From: an uncultured virus (IMG/VR IMGVR_UViG_2875733747_000004)
Taxonomy: Duplodnaviria > Heunggongvirae > Uroviricota > Caudoviricetes
Strand: one strand, 5' to 3'
Virus record (IMG/VR): IMGVR_UViG_2875733747_000004
DNA: 64,000 nucleotides
Made by a program: the position numbers and the translations under genes. Shown here piece after piece: positions 48,815-58,684 of the stretch. Position 1 is the stretch's first letter; each line of letters begins with the position of its first letter. The notes below the pieces were generated by a model that was given only the letters and a program-made list of their open reading frames with translations, did no database searches and had not been told where the DNA came from.

Positions 48815-49015
48815 TTAGCTTTTGAATCTTTTTCTAATTCGTTCAACTTCATTTTCATAATCTTCTAAACCTTCAACACCATTATTTTTTACTAACTGCT
48901 TGAAAAGATAAGCATTCATATACTCCAATGCTTCTATGGTTTTCATCTTATGAGAAATGCTACTTAACAAGATCAATAAAAATATAGATAAAACAATTGA
49001 AATGACAATCCACAT
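48815..49015 (-). CDS. DUF1514-like protein
   Basis: MWIVISIVL N-terminal TM; GGAGG RBS. Confidence 0.7.
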   Translation of the reverse strand: MWIVISIVLSIFLLILLSSISHKMKTIEALEYMNAYLFKQLVKNNGVEGLEDYENEVERIRKRFKS

Positions 49016-49082
49016 ATTTACAACACCTCCAGTGCTATTGCTACACACATTAATATAATTAATTCAAAAATGATAATAGCTA

Positions 49083-49235
49083 TTACCATGAAACTTCAGC
49101 TCTGATTTTTTCAAAGTCACTTGGCGCCTCTACATCATCATTAGCCGTCATCATAATATATACTTGCTCAGTTACATACTTACCTAGCTCATACATCGCT
49201 AGTAAGAATAATAGTCTCAAAATTTCTTTAACCAC
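49083..49235 (-). CDS. rinB: RinB-family activator (50 aa)
   Basis: ILRLLFLLAMYELGKYVTEQVYIMMTANDDVEAPSDF; manually translated. Confidence 0.8.
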   Translation of the reverse strand: MVKEILRLLFLLAMYELGKYVTEQVYIMMTANDDVEAPSDFEKIRAEVSW

Positions 49236-49237
49236 CA

Positions 49238-49444
49238 CTAAACACCCCATGTTAATTTATCGATAATTTGTATAGCTTGTTTTAATGCGTCTCTTTTTTC
49301 TTCGATATCTCTATTATCGCCATCTTCATCAGCTGACATTAACTCACTGTCATATTCATATAATAGTTCTGATATTTCATTACTAGCTACTACTAATAAG
49401 TTTTCATCTACATCAATCGTTACCGTTTTCTTTGGCATCTCCAT
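49238..49444 (-). CDS. Phage hypothetical protein
   Basis: ORF track. Confidence 0.6.
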   Translation of the reverse strand: MEMPKKTVTIDVDENLLVVASNEISELLYEYDSELMSADEDGDNRDIEEKRDALKQAIQIIDKLTWGV

Positions 49445-49601
49445 CTCTCCTTATCTTAACTTGTGCCTCGTATTTGCGCTCAGCTTCTTCTTTACTCTCT
49501 GCCTCAATAACTGTAAACGTCTGATTATCTCTAGCCACAGTAATATGTTCATGTGGTCGTCCTGTTGAATCTTTGAATGTTGTGACTAAGTATTGCGTCA
49601 C
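49413..49601 (-). CDS. DUF1381-like protein
   Basis: TQYLVTTFKDSTG...EAESKEEA. Confidence 0.8.
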   Translation of the reverse strand: MTQYLVTTFKDSTGRPHEHITVARDNQTFTVIEAESKEEAERKYEAQVKIRRDGDAKENGND

Positions 49602-49637
49602 TTCCCCAAAACCTCCTTAACTCGATCTAAGATGTCT

Positions 49638-50180
49638 TTACACTCCGCTACTTCCGAAGCCTTTTGCTCCACGTTCTGAAACACTTTCGAATTCCTCCAC
49701 TTGCTTTAGTTCCGGTGTCCATATAGGCACGATAACCAATTGAGCTAGTTTATCGCCTTTGTTGATTTGGTAAACTCTTCTTATGCCTCTTCCATCTTGT
49801 ACATAGTTACCTTTTATATCTAAAATGCTTATTAATCCATCTTCTAATTCAGCGTCTATATCATCATATAAAAAGGGTATTCCATCACGTTCTTCATCAT
49901 TCTTGATATTAATCCCTAAATTGCCATGATATCCCGCGTCTATCTTGCCTGTTTCAATCACTAAATACGTTTTACTACTTACACCACTACGACTAGTTAA
50001 TAGTCCGACATAGCCCTCTGGTATACTCACAGCTACATCTGTTTTGATCACTGCTTTTTCTTGTGGTTCGAGTACGACAGTTTCAGCTGAGAATATGTCA
50101 TAACCTGCATCCGTCTTATGATTTCGTTCGGGCATTCTAGCATTTTTTGATAATAGTTTTACTTGTAATGTGTTAGTCAT
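49638..50180 (-). CDS. dut: Trimeric dUTPase with variable motif VI insert
   Basis: AGYD, RSG, GKIDAGYHG, AQL and RGAKGFGSSG motifs. Confidence 0.95.
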   Translation of the reverse strand: MTNTLQVKLLSKNARMPERNHKTDAGYDIFSAETVVLEPQEKAVIKTDVAVSIPEGYVGLLTSRSGVSSKTYLVIETGKIDAGYHGNLGINIKNDEERDGIPFLYDDIDAELEDGLISILDIKGNYVQDGRGIRRVYQINKGDKLAQLVIVPIWTPELKQVEEFESVSERGAKGFGSSGV

Positions 50181-50184
50181 TTTC

Positions 50185-50421
50185 CTATTCCTCCTCATAT
50201 TTATAGACAACTTGACCTGCCATAATCCCTACTGCTTCATCAAGTTCAATACCTTCTTTAACTGAATGTTGAATAGCATTTGTCATTCCCTCAAGTATTT
50301 CATCAAACGCTTGCGCTTTCTTATACACGTCCTCAATCTCTTTTAGCAACCCCTCTGTGTCATTACCGTTATACGCACTAGCACTAATAACGGACTGTTC
50401 GATTTTTTCGCGATTATTCAT
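50185..50421 (-). CDS. DUF1024-like protein
   Basis: VYKKAQAFDEI motif. Confidence 0.75.
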   Translation of the reverse strand: MNNREKIEQSVISASAYNGNDTEGLLKEIEDVYKKAQAFDEILEGMTNAIQHSVKEGIELDEAVGIMAGQVVYKYEEE

Positions 50422-50722
50422 TTGTGTCATCCTCCATAAAAATTTTATTGTTTAATTCCATTCCGAATTTAACTCTTTCATCATCGTTACCGAATTCGTT
50501 TATTAAATCTTTTTCAACGCTCTTGCAATACCTATCCCATGCGCTTGCTTTCTTCTCCAGTTCTTTGTTACAATCTCGTAACTTCGCTATATCCCCAATA
50601 AGCTCATCTCGTTGCTTCTTGTACTCTTCACGATCTTTTAATGCTTTGTGAAGTTTATCTAATAACTTGTTAGAGTTAGTACAAAGATTTTTATATTGTT
50701 CATCTGATAAGGTGAACGTCAT
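50414..50722 (-). CDS. Phage hypothetical coiled-coil protein
   Basis: ORF track, coupled to neighbours. Confidence 0.65.
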   Translation of the reverse strand: MTFTLSDEQYKNLCTNSNKLLDKLHKALKDREEYKKQRDELIGDIAKLRDCNKELEKKASAWDRYCKSVEKDLINEFGNDDERVKFGMELNNKIFMEDDTNE

Positions 50723-51066
50723 CTCATAACCTCCAATAGCATCTCATTTTCAAAAATATTTCCAACAATTTCAATAATATCGTCATTTTCACTTAGTAAT
50801 TCAGTTACATTGCTAAAAGTTATATAAAAGGCTCCTTCTTTAAACTCGATAAAACTTACTTCTCTCGAATAACAATCTTGAACAATATCCCCTTCATAAA
50901 TCTCCACACCGTGCACATCTTTAAATCCTGTGTATTGTAATAGTTTTACTTCATTGAAACTTTTATAACCTGTTGAAATCAAAATGTACCCACTATTAAA
51001 ATCGATTTCGTCAATAATACTCATAACTTTTTTATCTTTATCCCAAGCTTTAAATTTCAACATCAT
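50719..51066 (-). CDS. YopX-family protein
   Basis: KFKAWD...QYTG.KD..G.EIYEGDIV...EIVGNIFEN. Confidence 0.9.
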   Translation of the reverse strand: MMLKFKAWDKDKKVMSIIDEIDFNSGYILISTGYKSFNEVKLLQYTGFKDVHGVEIYEGDIVQDCYSREVSFIEFKEGAFYITFSNVTELLSENDDIIEIVGNIFENEMLLEVMR

Positions 51067-51464
51067 ACTAGCAACTCCCCATCTTTCCAGATTAACGTCA
51101 TAGTTAGGTCATCGTTTAAGATGTAGAATGCTTTGGTAGGCACACATCTGCCATATAAACATTCTTTTATACTAGTGTTCTCATATAGTGTAGAGTTATA
51201 GTCTCCTTCTTGAATCTCGAATAATTCAATCAACCTATCAACCTTAGTCTCTTCCGTTACTTCTTTTTCAATATCAACTATGAAGGGGATATCAATTGGA
51301 ATAAAACTTGACGTCGAACACTTATTTGTATTTGGATGAAAACGAACGAATCCATCACTAAATCCTGTTGAAAAAAATATTTTTCCTTGTGATAGATCCG
51401 GATTTTCTCGCGCCCATTTAATTAATTCATCTAATCTCATTTCTTTTTTAACTTTGATTTTCAT
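51063..51464 (-). CDS. Phage hypothetical protein (PVL orf52-like)
   Basis: ORF track. Confidence 0.7.
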   Translation of the reverse strand: MKIKVKKEMRLDELIKWARENPDLSQGKIFFSTGFSDGFVRFHPNTNKCSTSSFIPIDIPFIVDIEKEVTEETKVDRLIELFEIQEGDYNSTLYENTSIKECLYGRCVPTKAFYILNDDLTMTLIWKDGELLV

Positions 51465-51466
51465 TG

Positions 51467-51673
51467 TTATATCTCCTCTTGAACAGTAAATTTATCGTTA
51501 ATTGATACGTATCCAGTCACATTACATAAGATGCTATCAACATCAAAAGTCACACAACAGTTGCGTTCAACATCATTTGAATAGAATCTTTTATTACCTG
51601 ATAACTTGGGGTTATCCCAAGCCCATTGGATAAGTTCAGGTAAATTCATTTCTTTTTCAATTTTGATTTTCAT
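51467..51673 (-). CDS. Short paralog of 51063-51464
   Basis: Shared N-terminus MKIK..KEM.L.ELI.WA..NP.LS. Confidence 0.65.
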   Translation of the reverse strand: MKIKIEKEMNLPELIQWAWDNPKLSGNKRFYSNDVERNCCVTFDVDSILCNVTGYVSINDKFTVQEEI

Positions 51674-51686
51674 TGTTTCCGCCCTT

Positions 51687-51935
51687 TTAAAATAAAGTTA
51701 GTTGCTTCTGTTCCTCATATTCCAAATCACTTTGCTTTATATATGTTTCAAGCTCTTCCGCTGTATCAAATGTCTTTTTCACACCTTGCCAACCTGGCAC
51801 GATATGACCGTGAAAGTAATAAGTGCCATTTACTACATGGATATGTGCCACTCGTTCGTTATCCTGATACAGATATCTCTTAGATCCAAAGAATTGATTT
51901 AGGTATTCTTTACGCGCGCTATCTGTCATGGTCAT
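51687..51935 (-). CDS. PVL orf51-like protein
   Basis: KRYLYQDNERVAHIHVVNGTYYFHGH. Confidence 0.75.
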   Translation of the reverse strand: MTMTDSARKEYLNQFFGSKRYLYQDNERVAHIHVVNGTYYFHGHIVPGWQGVKKTFDTAEELETYIKQSDLEYEEQKQLTLF

Positions 51936-51943
51936 CACTCCTT

Positions 51944-52144
51944 TTAACAATTAGGCAGACCAAACGACATGCATTCGTCGTATAGCTCTTCATTACTTAT
52001 GCTTGCCTTATAGTTTTCAATCACATTGCTAACTTCTTTATGACTCATTGCTTTAACTTGTTCGTCTGTATATTTTTCGCAGTCTTCTAATTCCAGTTGC
52101 TCCTGTAATGACATCACATATTCAACTTGTCTTTGGGTTGCCAT
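51944..52144 (-). CDS. Phage hypothetical protein
   Basis: GGGAGG RBS; MATQRQ start. Confidence 0.65.
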   Translation of the reverse strand: MATQRQVEYVMSLQEQLELEDCEKYTDEQVKAMSHKEVSNVIENYKASISNEELYDECMSFGLPNC

Positions 52145-52146
52145 CG

Positions 52147-52404
52147 TTAACCCTCCCACAAGTCAAAAGCTCTTTGGACGTAAAACTTCGCCTTTGCTAA
52201 ATCCTCATGACCATTCTTTAACGGTGCTCTAGACAAGTATTTGATTGCATTACCTATTGCGAATGCTAGTTGAGGTGGATACTGTGCCGTAACCTGTTCG
52301 ATAAAATCTATAATTTCAATGTCGCCGTATGTGTAGTGCGCTGGTTGCTTAACATTGTCTTGCGCTTCGTTCATATCTACTTTTCTGTTACTGATTACGC
52401 TCAT
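52147..52404 (-). CDS. DUF3310-family protein
   Basis: PAHY...GNAIKYLSRA..KNG.EDL.KA.FY. Confidence 0.88.
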   Translation of the reverse strand: MSVISNRKVDMNEAQDNVKQPAHYTYGDIEIIDFIEQVTAQYPPQLAFAIGNAIKYLSRAPLKNGHEDLAKAKFYVQRAFDLWEG

Positions 52405-52808
52405 TATGCTTCACTCCATTTCTTGAACATTTGGTTATAAGTGACATCGAACCAGTACGGATCACGTGAATGTTTTTGTGGCGTTCCATCATAAAGCCAT
52501 GGTCTTAATCTTCTCTTTCTTTCCTGTTCATATTCCGCTCTCACATTTCGTTGGTATCGGTTCAAAATCGCTTTTTTTCTGATTTTTTCTCTCCCTTTTT
52601 CTTCATCTTTTATTTGACTCTTCATATATTCAACTTCTTCTTTAGATTTTGAGTCCTTTCTTCCACACAATAATTCATCGCCGCGCATTTTATGTTTGTA
52701 TCTATATCTAAGAAGTTCTGGAGATATATGATATTTTTCTGAAACTTCTCTCAATGTCATTAGTTTTCCTTTAATACGCACTCTTATAACTTTTCTTCTA
52801 GCCATCAT
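52404..52808 (-). CDS. PVL orf50-like protein
   Basis: PWLY..PQKHSR motif. Confidence 0.75.
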   Translation of the reverse strand: MMARRKVIRVRIKGKLMTLREVSEKYHISPELLRYRYKHKMRGDELLCGRKDSKSKEEVEYMKSQIKDEEKGREKIRKKAILNRYQRNVRAEYEQERKRRLRPWLYDGTPQKHSRDPYWFDVTYNQMFKKWSEA

Positions 52809-52990
52809 TCCACCTCTAAATCTAAAACCTTGATATTTATAACGTTATATTTTAATAGTTCACCTGGATTATTAAATAAATAGTCCGCCAAATTTTCTTT
52901 TTCTTTATCAATCTGATTGTAATTAACACTTTCGACTTCTGTAGGAATTCTAATGTCAACAGAAGCATTGATATAAGCTTGATGTTGCAT
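52805..52990 (-). CDS. DUF3113-like protein
   Basis: QAYINAS.DIRIPTEV. Confidence 0.7.
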   Translation of the reverse strand: MQHQAYINASVDIRIPTEVESVNYNQIDKEKENLADYLFNNPGELLKYNVINIKVLDLEVE

Positions 52991-53002
52991 GCAATCACAC
53001 TC

Positions 53003-54964
53003 CTAATCCTTCATATAAAACGGAGAAGTAAACCCGTCACTATTCAAATTCAATCCTTTTGCCCAATCAACAGGCTTATTCATGATAGTTTCGATTTCCT
53101 TAAGTCCATTTGAACCTCTAGGTATTTCTACAATTACTTCATCATGGACATGGCCAACTATTTTAAAACCTAATGCTTCAAGCCTTGCTATAGAAATCGC
53201 AAGTAAATCCCTTGCAGTTGCTTGAACAATATTCTCGACTAACTTCCCACCATACGTTTTTAACTTTGACCATTTACGGTTAAGATCTAACCCCATAAAT
53301 TCAACAACTTGACTACCCCAACTATTTTCACCAACTAAAGCTTTTGGATAAGCTAAAGCTCTTCCACTAGGCAGTTCAATCATTAGAAAACCTTTTTTCA
53401 TATAAAATCTAAGTCCATGTGTATGATGCGTCTTTCGGGATTTTACAGTATTAATTGCAGCCTCTTGGCAAGCCTTCCAAAAATTAACTATGTTAGGATT
53501 TGCGTTACGCCAACTATCAACTAAACCTTGTAACTCGTTTTCTTCAATGCCCATTTCCAATGCACCCATTGCTTTTAAAGCTCCAGCGCCACCTTGATAG
53601 CCTAAAGCTAATTCGGACACTTTTCCTTTTTGTCTGAGAGGGTCGCCTTTAGTTATGCTTTCTACCGGTACATTAAACATTTGAGAAGCCGATGCTTCAT
53701 ATATCTTTCCGTGTGTGTTGAATACATCTAAACGCCATTGTTCTTTTGCATACCATGCTATGACTCTTGCCTCTATTGCAGAAAAATCACTTACTGCTAG
53801 TTCATTACCTTCTTCAGCAGTAAATGTCGTCCTAACTAATTGACTTAATAAGTCTTGAGGATGAACATTGAGTAATAAATCTAAATCATCAAAACGTTGT
53901 TCTTTAATAAGATCTCTTGCTATTTCTAATTCAGTATCTGAAATATAATGCTTTGTTAAATTCTGAAGTTGTACACCTCTACCTGCCCATCTTCCAGTAC
54001 CGGCACCGTAAAATTGAAACAGACCTCTTACCCGTTCATCACTGCACATCATGTCATGCATTTTGTTGTATTTTTTCACACTGGTTTTAGACATTTGCAA
54101 TCTAATTTCTAGCATTTTTTTAGCTTTTCCTGTTGCTTCTTTTAAGTACTCCTGAACCGTTTTCTTTTGTAAATTAGGTATATCTAATCCTTGTTCATCC
54201 TTTAACCAAGCCAATAACTGTGTAGGACTATTAGGATTTTCTAAACCTGTTATATGTTTAGCTTGTTTAAGCAATTCTTCTTTACTCTGCTTATCGAGCA
54301 CATTAGCTCCTAACATCAATGATTTAGAAAGCTTAATACCTCTGTCGTTTATATGTTGGTCAAAAACCCAATATGTTTGTTCAATTGCAGTTACTGGAAA
54401 GTCTTTAATTTTATTAGCAATCGCCATTTCTACTTCTACATCTCGAATACAGTAATCTATAAATTGTTGCCATTTTTCAAGATCATGTTCAGGTAGGTTT
54501 CTTGTTCTTCCTCCATTAACTTTTGTTGGTTTACAAGGTATAGAGAAATAACGAATTAAATTTTTACCTGCTTTATCTTTTTGGCTTTGTAGTCTTAAAA
54601 CTTCTCCAACTTTATCAAGCGAAGCAGGTAAGCCAATACGCATTGAATTAACCATTGTGCAAATCCATTCTTCAGGTGGCATCTGTTTATTAAAATGTTT
54701 AGCAAGACAAGTTCTTTCGAAATTAGCATTGAATGCATACTTTTTTACAGCAGGGTCAAATAGAGCAATTTTAAACGTCTCATAATCAGCGTGGAAAGGC
54801 TCATTATCTACTTTAGTCATGTCAATCGCACTAATCGCTCCACCATCTATCGAATAAGCTATAATTAAAATTTCGAAATCTTCAGCTTCTGTGTATTTAT
54901 AGGCACCACATTTCGAAATATCGTTACTGCTGTATGTTTCAATATCTATATTCATAAATTTCAA
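53003..54964 (-). CDS. Phage DNA polymerase, family A
   Basis: DIET exonuclease, DFSAIEAR motif A, RQKGK..ELALGY motif B, HVHDE motif C. Confidence 0.95.
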   Translation of the reverse strand: MKFMNIDIETYSSNDISKCGAYKYTEAEDFEILIIAYSIDGGAISAIDMTKVDNEPFHADYETFKIALFDPAVKKYAFNANFERTCLAKHFNKQMPPEEWICTMVNSMRIGLPASLDKVGEVLRLQSQKDKAGKNLIRYFSIPCKPTKVNGGRTRNLPEHDLEKWQQFIDYCIRDVEVEMAIANKIKDFPVTAIEQTYWVFDQHINDRGIKLSKSLMLGANVLDKQSKEELLKQAKHITGLENPNSPTQLLAWLKDEQGLDIPNLQKKTVQEYLKEATGKAKKMLEIRLQMSKTSVKKYNKMHDMMCSDERVRGLFQFYGAGTGRWAGRGVQLQNLTKHYISDTELEIARDLIKEQRFDDLDLLLNVHPQDLLSQLVRTTFTAEEGNELAVSDFSAIEARVIAWYAKEQWRLDVFNTHGKIYEASASQMFNVPVESITKGDPLRQKGKVSELALGYQGGAGALKAMGALEMGIEENELQGLVDSWRNANPNIVNFWKACQEAAINTVKSRKTHHTHGLRFYMKKGFLMIELPSGRALAYPKALVGENSWGSQVVEFMGLDLNRKWSKLKTYGGKLVENIVQATARDLLAISIARLEALGFKIVGHVHDEVIVEIPRGSNGLKEIETIMNKPVDWAKGLNLNSDGFTSPFYMKD

Positions 54965-55023
54965 ATTCTTGACACCTCAATTTCTTTAAAATTAAAGTGG
55001 GGCTAAAAACCCCACCTATTGAC

Positions 55024-55581
55024 TTATAAGAAATCCTCATCATCAGTGTCTAATTCATCAAAATCATCTTCTGCTGCACTTGCACCGCCAAGAGGTTCGC
55101 CTTTTTCTACAAGTTGAATGTTGTTCAATCCAACTGCGATACCCTTATTACCATTTGTGTTGAATGGAAATAAATTGATTGAAGCTCTAATATAGTCACC
55201 ACTTACAATAGTTCCAGAATCCGTTAATCTAATTTTGTTTTGGTCAATAATACCAGGTGCTTGTTTGCTTGATGCGTTAATAAAATAAGCGTCTTGATAA
55301 TTCACATCATCTTCTCTTTCAGTATCTCCATCACGTAATGGAAGTTTCAGATTTGCAGGAACTTTGCCTCCAAACTTACTAACTTTTCCTTCTTCTTTAG
55401 CAGCTTCTATAGCTTGTTCAATGGCTTTTATCGTACTTGTATCTGATTTAGGAATGATTAAACTGATTGAATACTTTGCTTCTTGCCCTTCTTGCATACT
55501 GTGAGGTTCAAAAATATGTGCATATGATGCTCTTACTTTTCCTGTAATCACTTTAGTTTTATTTAATACTTTTGCTTTCAT
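55024..55581 (-). CDS. DUF2815 ssDNA-binding protein
   Basis: LRDGD, GLNNIQ and acidic tail. Confidence 0.88.
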   Translation of the reverse strand: MKAKVLNKTKVITGKVRASYAHIFEPHSMQEGQEAKYSISLIIPKSDTSTIKAIEQAIEAAKEEGKVSKFGGKVPANLKLPLRDGDTEREDDVNYQDAYFINASSKQAPGIIDQNKIRLTDSGTIVSGDYIRASINLFPFNTNGNKGIAVGLNNIQLVEKGEPLGGASAAEDDFDELDTDDEDFL

Positions 55582-55606
55582 GTTTATATACCGTCCTTTT
55601 TAATTT

Positions 55607-56773
55607 TTATAGTTTGTCAAAATCATCTTCAGCAGATTGCTTTATAGCTGGTCGTTTATCAGACTCGGTAGCAAGTGTTAATTTACCTTGTGGCTTTTCT
55701 ATAAAGCCCTCTGTAATTTTAGAAAATGCTTTTTTACCAATTAATTTTTCTAATTTCGTAATGCTAAGTAACTTGGTTTCTGTAATATCTTCAGGTTTAT
55801 AACCCGCTTCAACTAACTTTTCAAGCGTTGCTTTTGTATCAGTTATCATTCTTCGCGAACGACCTTCTACAAGCTTCCAACCAGGATAGTTTTTATCATT
55901 TCCTTTCGCTTGATCTAGCGCATAATGTTCTACTTCATCAGCCCATTTTTTGATATCAGGCAGTTTATATAAAAGTTCTGCAATCTCTTCATCACTTAAC
56001 AAATGTGGTGGCTTTTGAGGCACATTTTGCATGTATTCTGCACGTGTTCTACATGAATGCTTTATCTTACAGAATCTACAATGACTACCTGCTTTAAACT
56101 CACCTTCACCGTTATAAGCAAGTCTGGCTAATGGTTTAACAAAATCGGTTCCCCATTGAAGTAATCTTGATATTGGTAACTCTTCAGTAGAAAAGTTATC
56201 TATTCGTGGTTGTATGATAGTCATGCGAACTGTATGAATGTCATACATTAAACTAAGCAGTTCATATGCGCCCAAGCCATATAATCTAAGTTGAGGATTA
56301 TCTATAGCTGAAACTTCAATGCCTTTACCGTATTTAAGGTCAATAATTTCAAGTACACCACCTGAAAATATAATGACATCACCAGTACCAAAAGATTCAG
56401 GGACGTATTTACCTAAATCCAATTTTGTTTCAAATAAAGCTATTACATCGTCATCTCTACTCAAAGCCTCGTTATACTTTTCTTCTACATTAGCTACGTA
56501 CTCTTCAACATATTCGCGCAACTCTTCACTGTAATATTGATTTCGCTTATAATTTTGAAAAGCTTTATTAAACTCAAACTGTGTTAGGCCTTCATATTTA
56601 AGACTGAAATATAACTCACTTAACTCATGAGCGAATGTACCTTCTTCAGCAAAAACTGAACTTTTATCTGCAATACCTTCACTTGCCTTAATACTCGGTG
56701 GACAGTTTAGCCATTGTTTTGCTCCACTTGCACTAAGCTTTGCATGAGCTCTATTTGAGTGATCTAGTTTCAT
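55607..56773 (-). CDS. DUF2800 PD-(D/E)XK (Cas4-like) nuclease
   Basis: GTGD...IDLKYG...QL.LY; HCRFC. Confidence 0.88.
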   Translation of the reverse strand: MKLDHSNRAHAKLSASGAKQWLNCPPSIKASEGIADKSSVFAEEGTFAHELSELYFSLKYEGLTQFEFNKAFQNYKRNQYYSEELREYVEEYVANVEEKYNEALSRDDDVIALFETKLDLGKYVPESFGTGDVIIFSGGVLEIIDLKYGKGIEVSAIDNPQLRLYGLGAYELLSLMYDIHTVRMTIIQPRIDNFSTEELPISRLLQWGTDFVKPLARLAYNGEGEFKAGSHCRFCKIKHSCRTRAEYMQNVPQKPPHLLSDEEIAELLYKLPDIKKWADEVEHYALDQAKGNDKNYPGWKLVEGRSRRMITDTKATLEKLVEAGYKPEDITETKLLSITKLEKLIGKKAFSKITEGFIEKPQGKLTLATESDKRPAIKQSAEDDFDKL

Positions 56774-57132
56774 GCATTAATTCTCGCCTTCATGAAATCA
56801 ACAATTTTTTCATAATGCTCTTCTTTGATAGTAGATAGCTTATCCGCACCAAGTTCGTTAAGTTTATTTCTAAATTCTTTCTTATCAGAAGTGTCTGCTT
56901 TTTTAAGGAACTCTTTTCCTACTGATAAAACATAATCTTTAGTCAAATCAGCAGAAGTTTCCTTAACTTCTTCAATTGATTCCAGTTGAGCTGTTTCTTC
57001 TTTTGGCATTGGTGCTTCTTTAACTTTCTCTTGTACAATTGATGAATCTACAGTTGACAGTTCAGTGTTTAACACACGTAAATTCTTATTTAATAGTTTT
57101 AATTCTTCAAAAATATCTTCTAATACTGCCAT
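56770..57132 (-). CDS. Phage hypothetical protein
   Basis: ORF track; GGAGG RBS. Confidence 0.75.
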   Translation of the reverse strand: MAVLEDIFEELKLLNKNLRVLNTELSTVDSSIVQEKVKEAPMPKEETAQLESIEEVKETSADLTKDYVLSVGKEFLKKADTSDKKEFRNKLNELGADKLSTIKEEHYEKIVDFMKARINA

Positions 57133-57146
57133 TGATTAACTCCTCC

Positions 57147-57470
57147 TTAAAATTGGTTAGCTAGACGAATCATTAACTTGATACGTTCTTCTATTTCTCT
57201 AGGGTCATCACTTTGTTCATTTAATCTTGCTAACAATTCAAATTGTTCTTCTAAAATTTCTTTTTTACGTTCGACTACACTTAAATGCAATTGCGATTCA
57301 ATAACACGCCAGATACCCCAACTTTCCATTTCAATCTTTCCTTTTTTCTTAAGTTTTGAAAGAGTGGATTTTGCATGTGTTTTAGATATCCCAAAATTTT
57401 CAACAACACCATCAGAATTGAAATTGTCATATGTTGCAAAATGTGATAGTATTTTTTGTTGTAAGGTCAT
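57147..57470 (-). CDS. Winged-HTH-like phage protein
   Basis: FGISKTHAKSTLSKLKKKGKI. Confidence 0.7.
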   Translation of the reverse strand: MTLQQKILSHFATYDNFNSDGVVENFGISKTHAKSTLSKLKKKGKIEMESWGIWRVIESQLHLSVVERKKEILEEQFELLARLNEQSDDPREIEERIKLMIRLANQF

Positions 57471-57548
57471 ATTAATAACTCCTTATATAATTATTTAAGA
57501 CAATTGCTCATCTTGCACTGTTACTTGCTCCAACAAGTAGCAGTTTCT

Positions 57549-57710
57549 TTATTCTTCATAAAAGTATTCCTTATAAAATGTGAATGTTGCGATACTTGCG
57601 AATCCCGCAATTGACCATGCTGTAGTGAAGTATAGAAACGGCATGAGTACAATCGCTAAGACTGTGAAGCACAGTACTGCTATTAAGTAGCTTTTATAAA
57701 TGTTGCTCAT
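57549..57710 (-). CDS. DUF1270-like membrane protein (53 aa)
   Basis: MSNIYKSYLIAVLCFTVLAIVLMPFLYFTTAW...; manually translated. Confidence 0.8.
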   Translation of the reverse strand: MSNIYKSYLIAVLCFTVLAIVLMPFLYFTTAWSIAGFASIATFTFYKEYFYEE

Positions 57711-57721
57711 TTAATATCCTC

Positions 57722-57985
57722 CTAATACCATTTTTTATGCTTTCTGATCAAATACTCTTCCAATTTAGAAATATTAATCAGAGTGCCTGTTGGTGAATAA
57801 TCAATGTATAAATTTTCTACACCTAAATTATCTTTGCGGTAATATTTCAACCAGTTGTATACTGTACTTCTACATACTCCAAACAATTGATGGATTTGTG
57901 TAGGTGTTGCGTATAACTTTTTCACAAATTTTTCTTCGCCTCTATATGTGTTTTCTGGTGTTGGTGGTACTATGATTTTTGGCAT
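57722..57985 (-). CDS. HTH DNA-binding protein (excisionase-like)
   Basis: IHQLFGVCRSTVYNWL HTH. Confidence 0.7.
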   Translation of the reverse strand: MPKIIVPPTPENTYRGEEKFVKKLYATPTQIHQLFGVCRSTVYNWLKYYRKDNLGVENLYIDYSPTGTLINISKLEEYLIRKHKKWY

Positions 57986-58009
57986 CTCTATCACTCCTTT
58001 CGATAAATG

Positions 58010-58225
58010 TTAAATTTTGCTATTATTCGCTCTGTATTGAAGTTCTCTATCTAATACATAGAAGACTTTGTTTATTTCTAAGTAGCTGTAATAACCTTTT
58101 TTAATACTTTCTAATATTTCCTTTCTTAGTCGACCTTCATTTTCTGTTAAAGATTCTACTGGCGCGTGATCTCTTCTGAAAACCCTTGGTATGCTGATGT
58201 CTAACCCTTCTGATTTTTTGTTCAT
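58010..58225 (-). CDS. Phage hypothetical protein
   Basis: AAGGTGG RBS. Confidence 0.6.
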   Translation of the reverse strand: MNKKSEGLDISIPRVFRRDHAPVESLTENEGRLRKEILESIKKGYYSYLEINKVFYVLDRELQYRANNSKI

Positions 58226-58280
58226 TTGTTGTTCCACCTTTCGTGTATAATGTTGTTATCAACCTAAGGAGGTGATAAGT

Positions 58281-58511
58281 ATGCATAAGAGATTGCTCAC
58301 TCAATATTTAGATAAAGAAAACGTTACTTCTTTAGATTTACATTTAATTAATGGTGAAGTTATTAAAGTACAAGAACATATAAAAGATGCTGAAAGCAAA
58401 ACTCTACACATCATTCATCCAAAAGATAGAGTTGTCAGTTTAGATCATGTTTTGTATTTCGACATTAACGTTAAAGGTGAAAAGAATAACGATAGTCCTT
58501 ACCCATCTTAA
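58281..58511 (+). CDS. Counter-oriented hypothetical protein inside the early operon
   Basis: TATAAT at 58246 and AAGGAGGTG RBS. Confidence 0.7.
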   Translation: MHKRLLTQYLDKENVTSLDLHLINGEVIKVQEHIKDAESKTLHIIHPKDRVVSLDHVLYFDINVKGEKNNDSPYPS

Positions 58512-58684
58512 AATCCATAGTGCTTATAGTTATTTGCTATTTGTTGACAGTTATAACTGGCAAGTCCTACCTTGTCAGCTTGGTAACTGTATTGATTATT
58601 TACTTCATTTACTAATCGATTCCATTCGTCTCTTGGTACGTCTTCAAGAAGTAAAAGAATCATCTTTAATTTTTCTTCGTTCAT
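58508..58684 (-). CDS. Phage hypothetical protein (58 aa, MNEEKLKMILLLLEDVP...)
   Basis: AAAGGAGG RBS; manually translated. Confidence 0.65.
   Translation of the reverse strand: MNEEKLKMILLLLEDVPRDEWNRLVNEVNNQYSYQADKVGLASYNCQQIANNYKHYGF

Noticed and set aside
55607..56773. Cas4 / CRISPR-associated gene
   Set aside because: Standard DUF2800 nuclease of the PolA replication module; no array or other cas genes are present.
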